Origin: Candidatus Cloacimonadales bacterium
Lineage (GTDB): Bacteria > Cloacimonadota > Cloacimonadia > Cloacimonadales > JAFGVF01
Assembly (NCBI GenBank): GCA_963678315.1
Contig: OY782781.1
Coordinates: 768,001 to 832,000, forward strand
Length of the DNA stretch: 64,000 bases
Direction: 5' to 3'
The notes under the pieces are model-generated. The model had not been told where the DNA came from, made no database searches, and saw nothing but the letters and a program-made list of their open reading frames with translations. The position numbers and the translations under genes were made by a program. The stretch's first letter is position 1, and every line of letters starts with the position of its first letter. Shown piece by piece: positions 52,462-62,383 of this stretch.

Positions 52462-53466
52462 ATGGAAGAAGAAAAATCAAATATAATTATTTATAATTCT
52501 GCAGATGGAAAGATTTCAGTAACGTTATTTGCTAAAGACGGAAGTGTATGGATGAATCAAAACCAAATTGCAAAACTTTTTGATACCTCTAAACAAAATA
52601 TTGGTCAGCATATATCTAATATTCTGAAAGATAAAGAGTTAGAGGAGAAATCAGTTGTAAAGAACTACTTTACAACTGCCCAAGACGGGAAGAAGTACAA
52701 GGTGTTATTTTATTCCTTAGATATGATACTAGCTATTGGTTTTAGGGTGCGAAGCAAAAGAGGAACACATTTTAGAATCTGGGCAAACAATAATCTAAAA
52801 GAATTTATGGTAAAAGGTTTTATTGTCGATAGTGAAAGATTGAAAAATCCAGATGGTAGACCTGATTATTTCGATGAACTTCTAGAGCAAATCAGAGATA
52901 TTAGAGCATCAGAAAAGAGATTTTATCAGAAGGTTAGAGATTTATTTAGACTTAGTAGTGATTATGATAAAACTGATAAATCAACGCAAATGTTCTTTGC
53001 AGAAACACAAAATAAGTTTATCTATGCAGTGACAAATAAAACTGCTGCAGAATTAATTGTCAGTAGGGCTGACTCTGGAAAACCTAATATGGCTTTAACA
53101 TCTTGGAAAGGGAAAATAGTACGAAAACAGGATATTATTGTTGCTAAAAACTATTTATACAAAGATGAGATTGATACACTAAATAGATTAGTGGTTTTAT
53201 TTTTAGATACTGCAGAGTTAAGAGTTAAAAATAGAAATGATATTACCATGGACTTTTGGAGGGAGAATGTAGATAAACTTTTAGAGTTTCATGAAAAGCC
53301 AGTTTTGAATTCAAAAGGCATTATCAGTCAAAAACAGATGCAAGATAAGGTTAAAGATATTTATGACACTTTTAATAAAAAAAGAAAAGAAATTGAGGCA
53401 AAACAAGAAGATTTAACAGACATGAATTCTCTTATCGAATTAGAAACAATAGCCTCAAAAAAGTAG
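52462..53466 (+). CDS. Virulence RhuM family protein
   Basis: 'VWMNQNQIAKLF', 'YSLDMILAIGFRVRS.RGT.FR.WA', 'DYFDELLEQIRDIRASEKRFYQK'. Confidence 0.9.
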   Translation: MEEEKSNIIIYNSADGKISVTLFAKDGSVWMNQNQIAKLFDTSKQNIGQHISNILKDKELEEKSVVKNYFTTAQDGKKYKVLFYSLDMILAIGFRVRSKRGTHFRIWANNNLKEFMVKGFIVDSERLKNPDGRPDYFDELLEQIRDIRASEKRFYQKVRDLFRLSSDYDKTDKSTQMFFAETQNKFIYAVTNKTAAELIVSRADSGKPNMALTSWKGKIVRKQDIIVAKNYLYKDEIDTLNRLVVLFLDTAELRVKNRNDITMDFWRENVDKLLEFHEKPVLNSKGIISQKQMQDKVKDIYDTFNKKRKEIEAKQEDLTDMNSLIELETIASKK

Positions 53467-53660
53467 TAATATAAAGATTTATATTTATGGAGGCTTACAT
53501 CCTAAAACACCCAAAGCTACTTCTAGCAAAGAAAATTGGCAAAGCTTCATTTAAGCTACAGTGAACGGAAGGCGGATACTATTAATTAAAGTAGTTAGAT
53601 TAATTTCCTTATCCTAGTAGTTAAATATTACCTAGCTTTCAAGGCTGAATATAACAACCT

Positions 53661-54620
53661 CTACTTTTCCTTATTCTCGGAATCTTCTTTTCTTTGTACT
53701 ACTCTAAGAGCCTTTCTCTCAATTAACTGATCTAGTAATTTAGGAGTAATTCTTAATCTTCCGCTTCTTAGAGGAAATTTAGTGTCATACTCTAATTCTG
53801 GAGGGCAATCTTTTTTTTTGCAAGTAGCTACTAATATTGGCATAATCGGTATCTCAATGATATGCATCTTTCGATTATTGATTAAAGTAAATTTAAAGAG
53901 AAAAGCTTTAAACTCATTATCAAAATCTTTATAGATTATTAAGGCTTGATAGTAATCTTTTGCTCCAAAACTAACACTTATACTGAAAATAGACTTAATC
54001 TGAATTGAATCGAAACAATCATTAATCTTGCAATCTTGAAGTGAATTAACAAACTCATTAATTTTATTATCTTCAATAGCTTTTTTAATTTTGCGAACTG
54101 TATAATAAACTGCATTATGCATTTTAGTCCCTGTAATTGAAGTAGCAAAGAAATTCTCTTTCATTCTATGGAATAACATTATCTCTTGTGTTAAACGATA
54201 AATTCTACTTTTAAGCTTCTTTAATTCAATTTTATAATTCCTAGCTATCTCAGACAGAGATAAATGGTCTAAATAATAGTTCTGTAAGATATTTTTATCT
54301 TTTGGAGAAATAAAATCATAACTATTAATATCAATTCCCTCTTCGTGATATACAGGATTCTTATCTGCATACTTGTCTAATGACTTGGGATCAAGATTTA
54401 CTACATTATGCTTTTGTCTATCCTTTATTCTCTTTAAACACAAATTCTTAGTAACAGTGAATAACCAATTATCCATATTCTCTGAAATGATTTTATTCTC
54501 ATTCATATAAAACTGAATAGCTGTTAATTGTGCTATCTCTTCAATTGTGTCAGGATCTTTAAAAAAACGACCAGCTACACTTCTTGAATACTTTAAAACT
54601 TTTTCATAATTAATGTTCAT
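53661..54620 (-). CDS. ECF-like sigma-70 factor with long C-terminal extension
   Basis: Region 2-like 'EEIAQ...WLFTVTKNLCL'; region 4-like 'LSLSEIARNYKI...LKSRIYR'. Confidence 0.75.
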   Translation of the reverse strand: MNINYEKVLKYSRSVAGRFFKDPDTIEEIAQLTAIQFYMNENKIISENMDNWLFTVTKNLCLKRIKDRQKHNVVNLDPKSLDKYADKNPVYHEEGIDINSYDFISPKDKNILQNYYLDHLSLSEIARNYKIELKKLKSRIYRLTQEIMLFHRMKENFFATSITGTKMHNAVYYTVRKIKKAIEDNKINEFVNSLQDCKINDCFDSIQIKSIFSISVSFGAKDYYQALIIYKDFDNEFKAFLFKFTLINNRKMHIIEIPIMPILVATCKKKDCPPELEYDTKFPLRSGRLRITPKLLDQLIERKALRVVQRKEDSENKEK

Positions 54621-54731
54621 TTGACTACACCCTTATAAAATACTTGTAAACAATAGCTTATGAGATTTTCAATGAGATTTTTATATTTCTAACTCTATAT
54701 TAATAGAAATCTATTATCTAGGAGTAAAAAT

Positions 54732-55136
54732 ATGAAAAACAAGATTGTTTTCCTGCTTTTTTTATTATTATTTTCTATTAATTTATTTAGTCAAGAATTT
54801 TATCAAGGTTATCGGGTTGTTACTTGGGAAGAAATTGAAGGATTGGATTTTACTATAATTAGAAGTGATGATGGGGAAAATTTGGTCAAAGTCACTAATT
54901 CAGGTGAAATAGTTGACAGAATAAAAAGAAAAATAATCATTAAAATACAGAGAGAGAATATTCTCTCTCTGTATTTTAACTTTAAGAGGAAAATCTATGT
55001 CGAAAATAAAGATTATAATATTGTTAATGTTAATGGTCAGCTTAAAGATTACAGCAACAATCTTACATGTAGGATTAAACCAGAACTTTACTTATCACAC
55101 AATCCAGTCTGCTGTAGATGCTGCAGTAGATTATGA
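54732..55136 (+). CDS. Small secreted protein (true end probably ~54936; reads through after an A-run frameshift)
   Basis: AGGAG RBS and signal peptide; out-of-frame TAA right after the A5 run, followed by a perfect palindrome; read-through tail overlaps the next gene. Confidence 0.5.
   Translation: MKNKIVFLLFLLLFSINLFSQEFYQGYRVVTWEEIEGLDFTIIRSDDGENLVKVTNSGEIVDRIKRKIIIKIQRENILSLYFNFKRKIYVENKDYNIVNVNGQLKDYSNNLTCRIKPELYLSHNPVCCRCCSRL
54940..54979. terminator. Perfect 40-bp palindrome (terminator or RNA-processing hairpin)
   Basis: TTAAAATACAGAGAGAGAAT|ATTCTCTCTCTGTATTTTAA. Confidence 0.6.
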
Positions 55137-57450
55137 TACTGTCTTAGTACACCCTGGAAGATATATTGAGAATGTTAAAGTCTTGGAAAAAAGTCTTACT
55201 CTAGCATCTCTATTATTAACAACAGGTAATCATGACTATATAGATTCTACAATTATTGATGGTAATTATGAAGATATTGTTCTTTCTGTCTATCATGACA
55301 GATATATAGATATCTTTAAATATGTTAAGGTTTGTGGCTTAACAATAACTAATGGAAATACCTTAAAAGATCATCATAATCAGAATGAAGGAATATACCA
55401 CAGAGGTGGAGGGATTAATATAAAGGGATATAGCCATCAAAATCAAAACTTTTCTGTTATTGAATATTGTAAAATTTATAACAATACTTCTTCTAGCGGA
55501 GGAGGTCTTGATATTTTTGAATCAAATGTTGTTATTGCAGGGTGCGAGATATTTGACAATAATGGAGGTTCTACAGGCGGAGGAATTCATAGTTGGGGTG
55601 TAGAGAACCAGCTAGAGTTTTCCGAAGAGCACCCAAACTCAATTTATAACAATAGTGCAGGTAGGGGAAGAGACATTTATATTGATACCATAACAGGAAA
55701 TCCAGCCCATATAAACGGACTTCATTTTGATAAAATATCAGTTGAGCCGGAAGGAGATTTTTCTCACTACTATTATGTATCAGATGTGATAGAGTGGGAT
55801 GGACAGATAACTTATAATGAAACAGCTTATGAACGGATAGAAGCTGACCTTTATGTTGCTCCGGATGGGGATGATGCTAATAGTGGTCTAAGCCTTGCTC
55901 AACCTTTAAAAACAATTTCTAAAGCTTGCTCACTCTTAAAGCCACGAGCAAATGGAGATTATAACATTGTCCATGTAGCCCCAGGTCTATATTCACCAGA
56001 TAGGACAGGCGAAATATTTCCTCTTAGTATGGATAGAGGGACAAAAATAGTTGGGGCAGGTTCAGGTCAGTCTATCTTAGACGGAGAAGAGCAGATAAAT
56101 AATTTCTTCTATTTTGAAGAGAATTCTGATGTATATGTAGCAGGATTTACCTGTAAAAATGTATATAGCCGAGCAACTTGGGGGGGAGTTTTAAGATCTA
56201 ATAATGTTGAAGGCTTAACCCTAAAAGATATTTATGTAGAAAATGTTCATTCTGATGCATCCTTTTCTATTTTCTATACAAATGATATTTTAGTTGAAGA
56301 TATTATCTTAAAAAAATTCAATTATAATGGAATGATTTTTGCTGCATCACAAGGGCTTATCCATAATGTTTGGGCTGATAGCCTAAATGTTACCTTAGAG
56401 GTTGAGGGTCAGCCTACTTCTATGCCTGTGTTTATAGATGAGGGGAGTTACAGGATATCTAATATAGCTATAACCAACTCTGTTCTCCCAGGAGGAAGAG
56501 CTTTTCAATATGGTAATTCTGCAGAAGAATCTGATGATTTTGTCACAATCAATAATTTATTAGTAGCAAATTGTTCTTATACACCCCTAGATTGGAATCT
56601 TACGACGGTTGCCTTTGCTGGAGAACATTTACCTCAAATGAAAATAAACAACATGACTATTGTTAACAATACTAATAACTGGCCAGCTGTGGTTTGCAGA
56701 GGAAATATCCAAATCCGTAATTCAATTATCCATAATCCCAATACACCTTATGATATTTATCTACTTAGAGCTAGTGATCCGCCTTATAATCCGGGACTTT
56801 CAGCCCTGGATATAGATTATTCTTTAGTTAGGGGTGGCTTAGATGCTTTAGTAACTGATTTTGATGATGGTTGGACCTTAACTTGGGGAGATAACATGCT
56901 TGACCAAGATCCTGGTTTTGTAGGTGGAGACGAGACCTTATGGTCATCTTATTATTTAGCAGAAGATTCACCTTGTATAGATGCTGGTATTTCAGACACA
57001 ACTGGCTATTACATGACTAGCATGGATTTAAATGGCCATGAAAGGTTTTTTGGAACTGCAGTAGATTTAGGATGTTTTGAGTATGGATCTCCTGTTCCTA
57101 ATAGTGATAATGAAGAGGTAGGTCTAGTCCAAAAGCAGATAATGATTTATCCTAACCCTGCTCAGTTAAATAATGGACTTAAAGGAGTAACAACTATTGA
57201 ATTTACTCTAAGTGGAGCTAAAACTGAAGATATTAAAGTTGGAATATATAATCTAAAAGGACAAAAAGTGAGAGATTTACAAGTAGGAGATGCTTTTTAT
57301 AATAAGTTAAAATCAAATAACCCTACTTATAGTTTGCATTGGGATTTAAAGAATAATCGAGGTAGAAATGTTTCTAGTGGTGTTTACTTGATTAAAGCTG
57401 ATGATGGACATGGTCATTCTGTGCTAACGAAATCATGTGTGATAAAGTGA
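54997..57450 (+). CDS. Secreted right-handed beta-helix (DUF1565/pectin-lyase-like) protein with FlgD-Ig/T9SS-like C-terminus, copy 1
   Basis: Signal peptide; 'TIQSAVDAA..DTVLVHPGRY.EN'; 'YVAPDGDDANSG...PLKTI'; 'SPCIDAG...DLGCFEY'; 'IYPNP...IYNLKGQKV...VSSGVY'. Confidence 0.8.
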   Translation: MSKIKIIILLMLMVSLKITATILHVGLNQNFTYHTIQSAVDAAVDYDTVLVHPGRYIENVKVLEKSLTLASLLLTTGNHDYIDSTIIDGNYEDIVLSVYHDRYIDIFKYVKVCGLTITNGNTLKDHHNQNEGIYHRGGGINIKGYSHQNQNFSVIEYCKIYNNTSSSGGGLDIFESNVVIAGCEIFDNNGGSTGGGIHSWGVENQLEFSEEHPNSIYNNSAGRGRDIYIDTITGNPAHINGLHFDKISVEPEGDFSHYYYVSDVIEWDGQITYNETAYERIEADLYVAPDGDDANSGLSLAQPLKTISKACSLLKPRANGDYNIVHVAPGLYSPDRTGEIFPLSMDRGTKIVGAGSGQSILDGEEQINNFFYFEENSDVYVAGFTCKNVYSRATWGGVLRSNNVEGLTLKDIYVENVHSDASFSIFYTNDILVEDIILKKFNYNGMIFAASQGLIHNVWADSLNVTLEVEGQPTSMPVFIDEGSYRISNIAITNSVLPGGRAFQYGNSAEESDDFVTINNLLVANCSYTPLDWNLTTVAFAGEHLPQMKINNMTIVNNTNNWPAVVCRGNIQIRNSIIHNPNTPYDIYLLRASDPPYNPGLSALDIDYSLVRGGLDALVTDFDDGWTLTWGDNMLDQDPGFVGGDETLWSSYYLAEDSPCIDAGISDTTGYYMTSMDLNGHERFFGTAVDLGCFEYGSPVPNSDNEEVGLVQKQIMIYPNPAQLNNGLKGVTTIEFTLSGAKTEDIKVGIYNLKGQKVRDLQVGDAFYNKLKSNNPTYSLHWDLKNNRGRNVSSGVYLIKADDGHGHSVLTKSCVIK

Positions 57451-57524
57451 TTTACAGGAAATGGAAAATATTTACAGGCAAGATGCCTGTGAAAAATATC
57501 TAATCTATTAAATAAGGAAAATCT

Positions 57525-59978
57525 ATGTCGAAAATAAAGATTATAATCTTATTAATGTTAATGGTCAGCATAAAGATTACAGCAACAATCTTACATGTAG
57601 GATTAAATCAAAACTTTATTTATCACACAATCCAGTCTGCTGTAGATGCTGCAGTAGATTATGATACTGTCTTAGTACATCCTGGAAGATATATTGAGAA
57701 TGTTAAAGTCTTGGAAAAAAGTCTTACTCTAGCATCTCTATTATTAACAACAGGTAATCATGACTATATAGATTCTACAATTATTGATGGTAATTATGAA
57801 GATATTGTTCTTTCTGTCTATCATGACAGATATATAGATATCTTTAAATATGTTAAGGTTTGTGGCTTAACAATAACTAATGGAAATACCTTAAAAGATC
57901 ATCATAATCAGAATGAAGGAATATACCACAGAGGTGGAGGGATTAATATAAAGGGATATAGCCATCAAAATCAAAACTCTTCTGTTATTGAATATTGTAA
58001 AATTTATAACAATACTTCTTCTAGCGGAGGAGGTCTTGATATCTTTGAATCAAATGTTGTTATTGCAGGGTGCGAGATATTTGACAATAATGGAGGTTCT
58101 ACAGGCGGAGGAATTCATAGTTGGGGTGTAGAGAACCAGCTAGAGTTTTCCGAAGAGCACCCAAACTCAATTTATAACAATAGTGCAGGTAGGGGAAGAG
58201 ACATTTATATTGATACCATAACAGGAAATCCAGCCCATATAAACGGACTTCATTTTGATAAAATATCAGTTGAGCCGGAAGGAGATTTTTCTCACTACTA
58301 TTATGTATCAGATGTGATAGAGTGGGATGGTCAGGTAACTTATAATGAAACAGCTTATGAACGGATAGAAGCAGACCTTTATGTTGCTCCGGATGGGGAT
58401 GATGCTAATAGTGGTCTAAGCCCTGTTCAACCTTTAAAAACAATTTCTAAAGCCTGCTCACTTTTAAAGCCACGAGCAAATGGAGATTATAACATTGTCC
58501 ATGTAGCCCCAGGTCTATATTCACCAGATAGGACAGGCGAAATATTTCCTCTTAGTATGGATAGAGGGACAAAAATAGTTGGGGCAGGTTCAGGTCAGTC
58601 TATCTTAGACGGAGAAGAGCAGATAAATAATTTCTTCTATTTTGAAGAGAATTCTGATGTATATGTAGCAGGATTTACCTGTAAAAATGTATATAGCCGA
58701 GCAACTTGGGGGGGAGTTTTAAGATCTAATAATGTTGAAGGCTTAACCCTAAAAGATATTTATGTAGAAAATGTTCATTCTGATGCATCCTTTTCTATTT
58801 TCTATACAAATGATATTTTAGTTGAAGATATTATCTTAAAAAATTTCAATTATAATGGAATGATTTTTGCAGGATCACAAGGGCTTATCCATAATGTTTG
58901 GGCTGATAGCCTAAATGTTACCTTAGAGGTTGAGGGCCAGCCTACTTCTATGCCGGTGGCTATTGATGAAGGGAGTTACAGGATATCTAATATAGCTATA
59001 ACCAACTCTGTTCTTCCAGGAGGAAGAGCTTTTCAATATGGTAATTCTGCAGAAGAATCTGATGATTTTGTCACAATCAATAATTTATTAGTAGCAAACT
59101 GTTCTTATACCCCCCTAGATTGGAATAATACTACTGTTGGTTTTTTTGGAGAACATTTACCTCAAATGAAAATAAACAACATGACTATTGTTAATAATAC
59201 TAATAACTGGCCAGCTGTGGTTTGCAGAGGAAATATCCAAATCCGTAATTCAATTATCCATAATCCCAATACACCTTATGATATTTATCTACTGAGAGCT
59301 AGTGACCCACCTTATAATCCGGGACTTTCAGCCCTGGATATAGATTATTCTTTAGTTAGGGGTGGCTTAGATGCTTTGGTAACTGATTTTGATGATGGTT
59401 GGACCTTAACTTGGGGAGATAACATGCTTGACCAAGATCCTGGTTTTGTAGGTGGAGACGAGACCTTATGGTCGTCTTATTATTTAGCAGAAGATTCACC
59501 ATGTATAGATGCTGGTATTTCTGACACAACTGGCTATTACATGACTAGCATGGATTTAAATGGCCATGAAAGGTTTTTTGCATCTGCAGTAGATTTAGGA
59601 TGTTTTGAATATGGATCTCCTGTTCCTAATAGTGATAATGAAGAGGTAGGTCTAGTCCAAAAGCAGATAATGATTTATCCTAACCCTGCTCAGTTAAATA
59701 ATGGACTTAAAGGAGTAACAACTATTGAATTTACTCTAAGTGGAGCTAAAACTGAAGATATTAAAGTTGGAATATATAATCTAAAAGGACAAAAAGTGAG
59801 AGATTTACAAGTAGGAGATGCTTTTTATAATAACTTAAAATCAAATAACCCTACTTATAGTTTGCATTGGGATTTAAAGAATAATCGAGGTAGAAATGTT
59901 TCTAGTGGTGTTTACTTGATTAAAGCTGATGATGGACATGGTCATTCTGTGCTAACGAAATCATGTGTGATAAAGTGA
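57525..59978 (+). CDS. Secreted beta-helix protein, copy 2 (tandem paralogue)
   Basis: 817 aa; about 15 residues differ from copy 1. Confidence 0.8.
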   Translation: MSKIKIIILLMLMVSIKITATILHVGLNQNFIYHTIQSAVDAAVDYDTVLVHPGRYIENVKVLEKSLTLASLLLTTGNHDYIDSTIIDGNYEDIVLSVYHDRYIDIFKYVKVCGLTITNGNTLKDHHNQNEGIYHRGGGINIKGYSHQNQNSSVIEYCKIYNNTSSSGGGLDIFESNVVIAGCEIFDNNGGSTGGGIHSWGVENQLEFSEEHPNSIYNNSAGRGRDIYIDTITGNPAHINGLHFDKISVEPEGDFSHYYYVSDVIEWDGQVTYNETAYERIEADLYVAPDGDDANSGLSPVQPLKTISKACSLLKPRANGDYNIVHVAPGLYSPDRTGEIFPLSMDRGTKIVGAGSGQSILDGEEQINNFFYFEENSDVYVAGFTCKNVYSRATWGGVLRSNNVEGLTLKDIYVENVHSDASFSIFYTNDILVEDIILKNFNYNGMIFAGSQGLIHNVWADSLNVTLEVEGQPTSMPVAIDEGSYRISNIAITNSVLPGGRAFQYGNSAEESDDFVTINNLLVANCSYTPLDWNNTTVGFFGEHLPQMKINNMTIVNNTNNWPAVVCRGNIQIRNSIIHNPNTPYDIYLLRASDPPYNPGLSALDIDYSLVRGGLDALVTDFDDGWTLTWGDNMLDQDPGFVGGDETLWSSYYLAEDSPCIDAGISDTTGYYMTSMDLNGHERFFASAVDLGCFEYGSPVPNSDNEEVGLVQKQIMIYPNPAQLNNGLKGVTTIEFTLSGAKTEDIKVGIYNLKGQKVRDLQVGDAFYNNLKSNNPTYSLHWDLKNNRGRNVSSGVYLIKADDGHGHSVLTKSCVIK

Positions 59979-60078
59979 TTTACAGGAAATGGGAAATATT
60001 TACAGGCAAGATGCCTGTGTTTGTACAAAAGTGATATTAGCATCGTACAGACGTGGGACACTACTACTAATGTTAAAA

Positions 60079-60203
60079 ACTTGCTAGGTTTAATTTTAAA
60101 AGCTCTTTCTATCGAGGAAAAAACTTTCAAAGCGGACCAACCTTCATTTGACTCAAGGACTTTCATCAAATTCGGAGTGTCAGCCTTCCTTATCCTAGCA
60201 GTT
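60079..60203 (-). ncRNA. Candidate structured RNA (unassigned)
   Basis: Closing stem TGCTAGG/CCTAGCA encloses two hairpins that pair better, via G-U, on the minus strand. Confidence 0.3.
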
Positions 60204-60357
60204 AATATATACCAAAGTTTACTATAAATGTTCGTTAGGATATTTCCCTCTAATAAGAAAGAAGTTGTAAAATTTGTCAAAAATTGTTAAATTAATAATA
60301 TGATTGACAAGGAAAATAAGAAGATACAAATTGCACCAAGAATTAATGGGAGAGAAT

Positions 60358-61257
60358 ATGTCTAGAATTGAAGATTTGAGTATTGTTCAGGAACATTTTA
60401 GTGGAAAAGTGCGTGACATTTATGATTTAGGGGATAAGCTACTAATAGTAACAAGCGATAGAATATCAGCATTTGACGTAGTTTTTCCAGATGTAATACC
60501 TAATAAAGGTAAAATATTAACACAAATTTCAGTTCACTTTTTTAAGGAAACTAAGAATATTATGGACAATCATTTTATTACAGATAATATTGATGAGTAT
60601 CCAGAAGAATTACATCCTTTTAGAGCTGAATTAGAAGATAGATCTATGCTTGTAAAGAAGGCAAAAGTTGTACCATTTGAATGTATTGTACGTGGTTATA
60701 TTACAGGTTCAGCATGGAAAGAATTTAAGAATACAGGAACAGTTAGTGGAATTCTTTTACCAGAAGATATGAAAGAAAGTCAAAGATTCCCAGAAGCATT
60801 ATTTACACCTTCTACAAAAGCTGAGATTGGTGAACATGATGAAAACATTACTTATAAAGAGATGTTAGAGCGTTGTGATAAAAATATTGCTGAAATGTTA
60901 AAGAAAAAGTCTCTTGAATTATACAAGTATGCTCACAAATTATTGTTTGATAAGAATATTATTCTTGCTGATACAAAGTTTGAATTTGGTATAATGGGAG
61001 ATAAGATAATCTTAATTGATGAGATGTTAACACCAGATTCTTCACGATACTGGGATATGGAAGAATATGAAGTAGGGGCAACACCAAAAAGCTATGATAA
61101 GCAATATGTGAGAGATTATATTTCTGCTACAGGTTGGGCAAAAGAACCACCAGCACCTGAATTACCAGCAGAAGTGATTGAAAAAACATTTGCAAAGTAC
61201 TACAAAGCTTATGAAATAATTGTAGGTGAGAAGGCAAAAAAATGGGATACAAAATAG
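60358..61257 (+). CDS. purC: Phosphoribosylaminoimidazole-succinocarboxamide (SAICAR) synthase
   Basis: 'SGKVRDIY', 'SDRISAFD', 'ADTKFEFG', 'DEMLTPDSSRYW'. Start set at the ATG after GGAGAG. Confidence 0.95.
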   Translation: MSRIEDLSIVQEHFSGKVRDIYDLGDKLLIVTSDRISAFDVVFPDVIPNKGKILTQISVHFFKETKNIMDNHFITDNIDEYPEELHPFRAELEDRSMLVKKAKVVPFECIVRGYITGSAWKEFKNTGTVSGILLPEDMKESQRFPEALFTPSTKAEIGEHDENITYKEMLERCDKNIAEMLKKKSLELYKYAHKLLFDKNIILADTKFEFGIMGDKIILIDEMLTPDSSRYWDMEEYEVGATPKSYDKQYVRDYISATGWAKEPPAPELPAEVIEKTFAKYYKAYEIIVGEKAKKWDTK

Positions 61258-61613
61258 TAATTGTAGACGATGAAAAAGATATTACTGATGGCTTAAAAGA
61301 TGAGCTTGAAGATATTACTGATGAATATGACATCAAGTGTTTTAACACAGGGTATGAGGCATTAAACGAAGTGTTTAAAGGTGGAACTGACTTAGTTCTA
61401 AGCGATATTGCTATGCCTGATATGGATGGATATGAATTATTTAAAAGAATTAAAGATACTTATCCTGAATTACCAATAATTATGATGACCGGTTTTGGCT
61501 ATGACCCTAACCATGTTTTAGTTAATATCAAGAAATTTGGAAGAGTTGATGTTCTTTTAAAGCCTTTTGATATTGAAAAGTTAATACTTAAAATGACTAA
61601 GAAATTATCATAA
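61242..61613 (+). CDS. Single-domain response regulator
   Basis: 'IVDDE', 'SDIAMPDMDG', 'MMTG', 'LKPF'. Confidence 0.9.
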   Translation: MGYKIVIVDDEKDITDGLKDELEDITDEYDIKCFNTGYEALNEVFKGGTDLVLSDIAMPDMDGYELFKRIKDTYPELPIIMMTGFGYDPNHVLVNIKKFGRVDVLLKPFDIEKLILKMTKKLS

Positions 61614-62383
61614 TGAAAGAATTTGATAGATTAAAAGAAATTGTAGATACCTTGAGACATCCCGAAAAGGGGTGTCCTTGGGATCTCAAACAAACTTCAA
61701 AAAGTTTAATTTCTGGAATGATTGAAGAGGTTTATGAGGTAGCTGAGTCTGTAGATGACAGTGATTACAAAGGGTTGAAAGAAGAACTAGGTGATTGTTT
61801 ACTTCATATTCTGTTACAAGCAAGAATAGCAACAGAAGAGGGACGATTTAGCATTGCTGATGTTTTAGAAGGGATATCTGATAAGTTAGTTCGCAGACAT
61901 CCTCATGTGTTTGGTCAAGACCAATTAACAGATGCTGTGGCAGTCAAAAAGCGTTGGGAAGAGATTAAGATGGTTGAGAAGAAGGAAAGAGAATCTGTTT
62001 TAGATGGAGTTCCTGCAGCCATGCCAGCCTTGTTGCAAGGTCAGCGTTTACAAGAGAAGGCAGCTTCAGTAGGTTTTGATTGGGATAGCTATGAGCCTGT
62101 GTTCGATAAGATAGCAGAAGAGGTTGAGGAAGTTAAGGAAGAGATTGCAAACAGAGATAAAGACAATTTAGAGGCTGAAATTGGGGATTTACTTTTTTCA
62201 GTAGTTAACTTAGCCAGAAAGCTTGGAGTTGATTCAGAGGATGCAATGAAAAGAGCTAACAAGAAGTTTTCTAGTAGATTTAGGAAAGTTGAAAAACAAG
62301 TAAAAGAATCAGGAAAGAGGCTAAATGAGCAAACATTGGATGAATTGGATAAAATCTGGGATAATATCAAAAAAACTGAATAG
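61613..62383 (+). CDS. mazG: Nucleoside triphosphate pyrophosphohydrolase
   Basis: 'GCPWD..QT', 'EELGD', 'KLVRRHPHVF', second 'EIGDLLF'. Confidence 0.93.
   Translation: MKEFDRLKEIVDTLRHPEKGCPWDLKQTSKSLISGMIEEVYEVAESVDDSDYKGLKEELGDCLLHILLQARIATEEGRFSIADVLEGISDKLVRRHPHVFGQDQLTDAVAVKKRWEEIKMVEKKERESVLDGVPAAMPALLQGQRLQEKAASVGFDWDSYEPVFDKIAEEVEEVKEEIANRDKDNLEAEIGDLLFSVVNLARKLGVDSEDAMKRANKKFSSRFRKVEKQVKESGKRLNEQTLDELDKIWDNIKKTE

Larger units (their letters stand above)
54987..60019 (+). repeat. Tandem duplication, 2528-bp period
   Basis: 54987-57491 vs 57515-60019, from the RBS to the ACAGGCAAGATGCCTGTG hairpin. Confidence 0.9.

Noticed and set aside
52462..53466. Prophage or defence island around rhuM
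   Set aside because: No integrase, att repeats, restriction-modification or phage genes adjacent.
54987..60019. Diversity-generating retroelement (TR/VR pair)
   Set aside because: The differences involve C, G and T as well as A, both copies are full genes, and there is no reverse transcriptase in the window.
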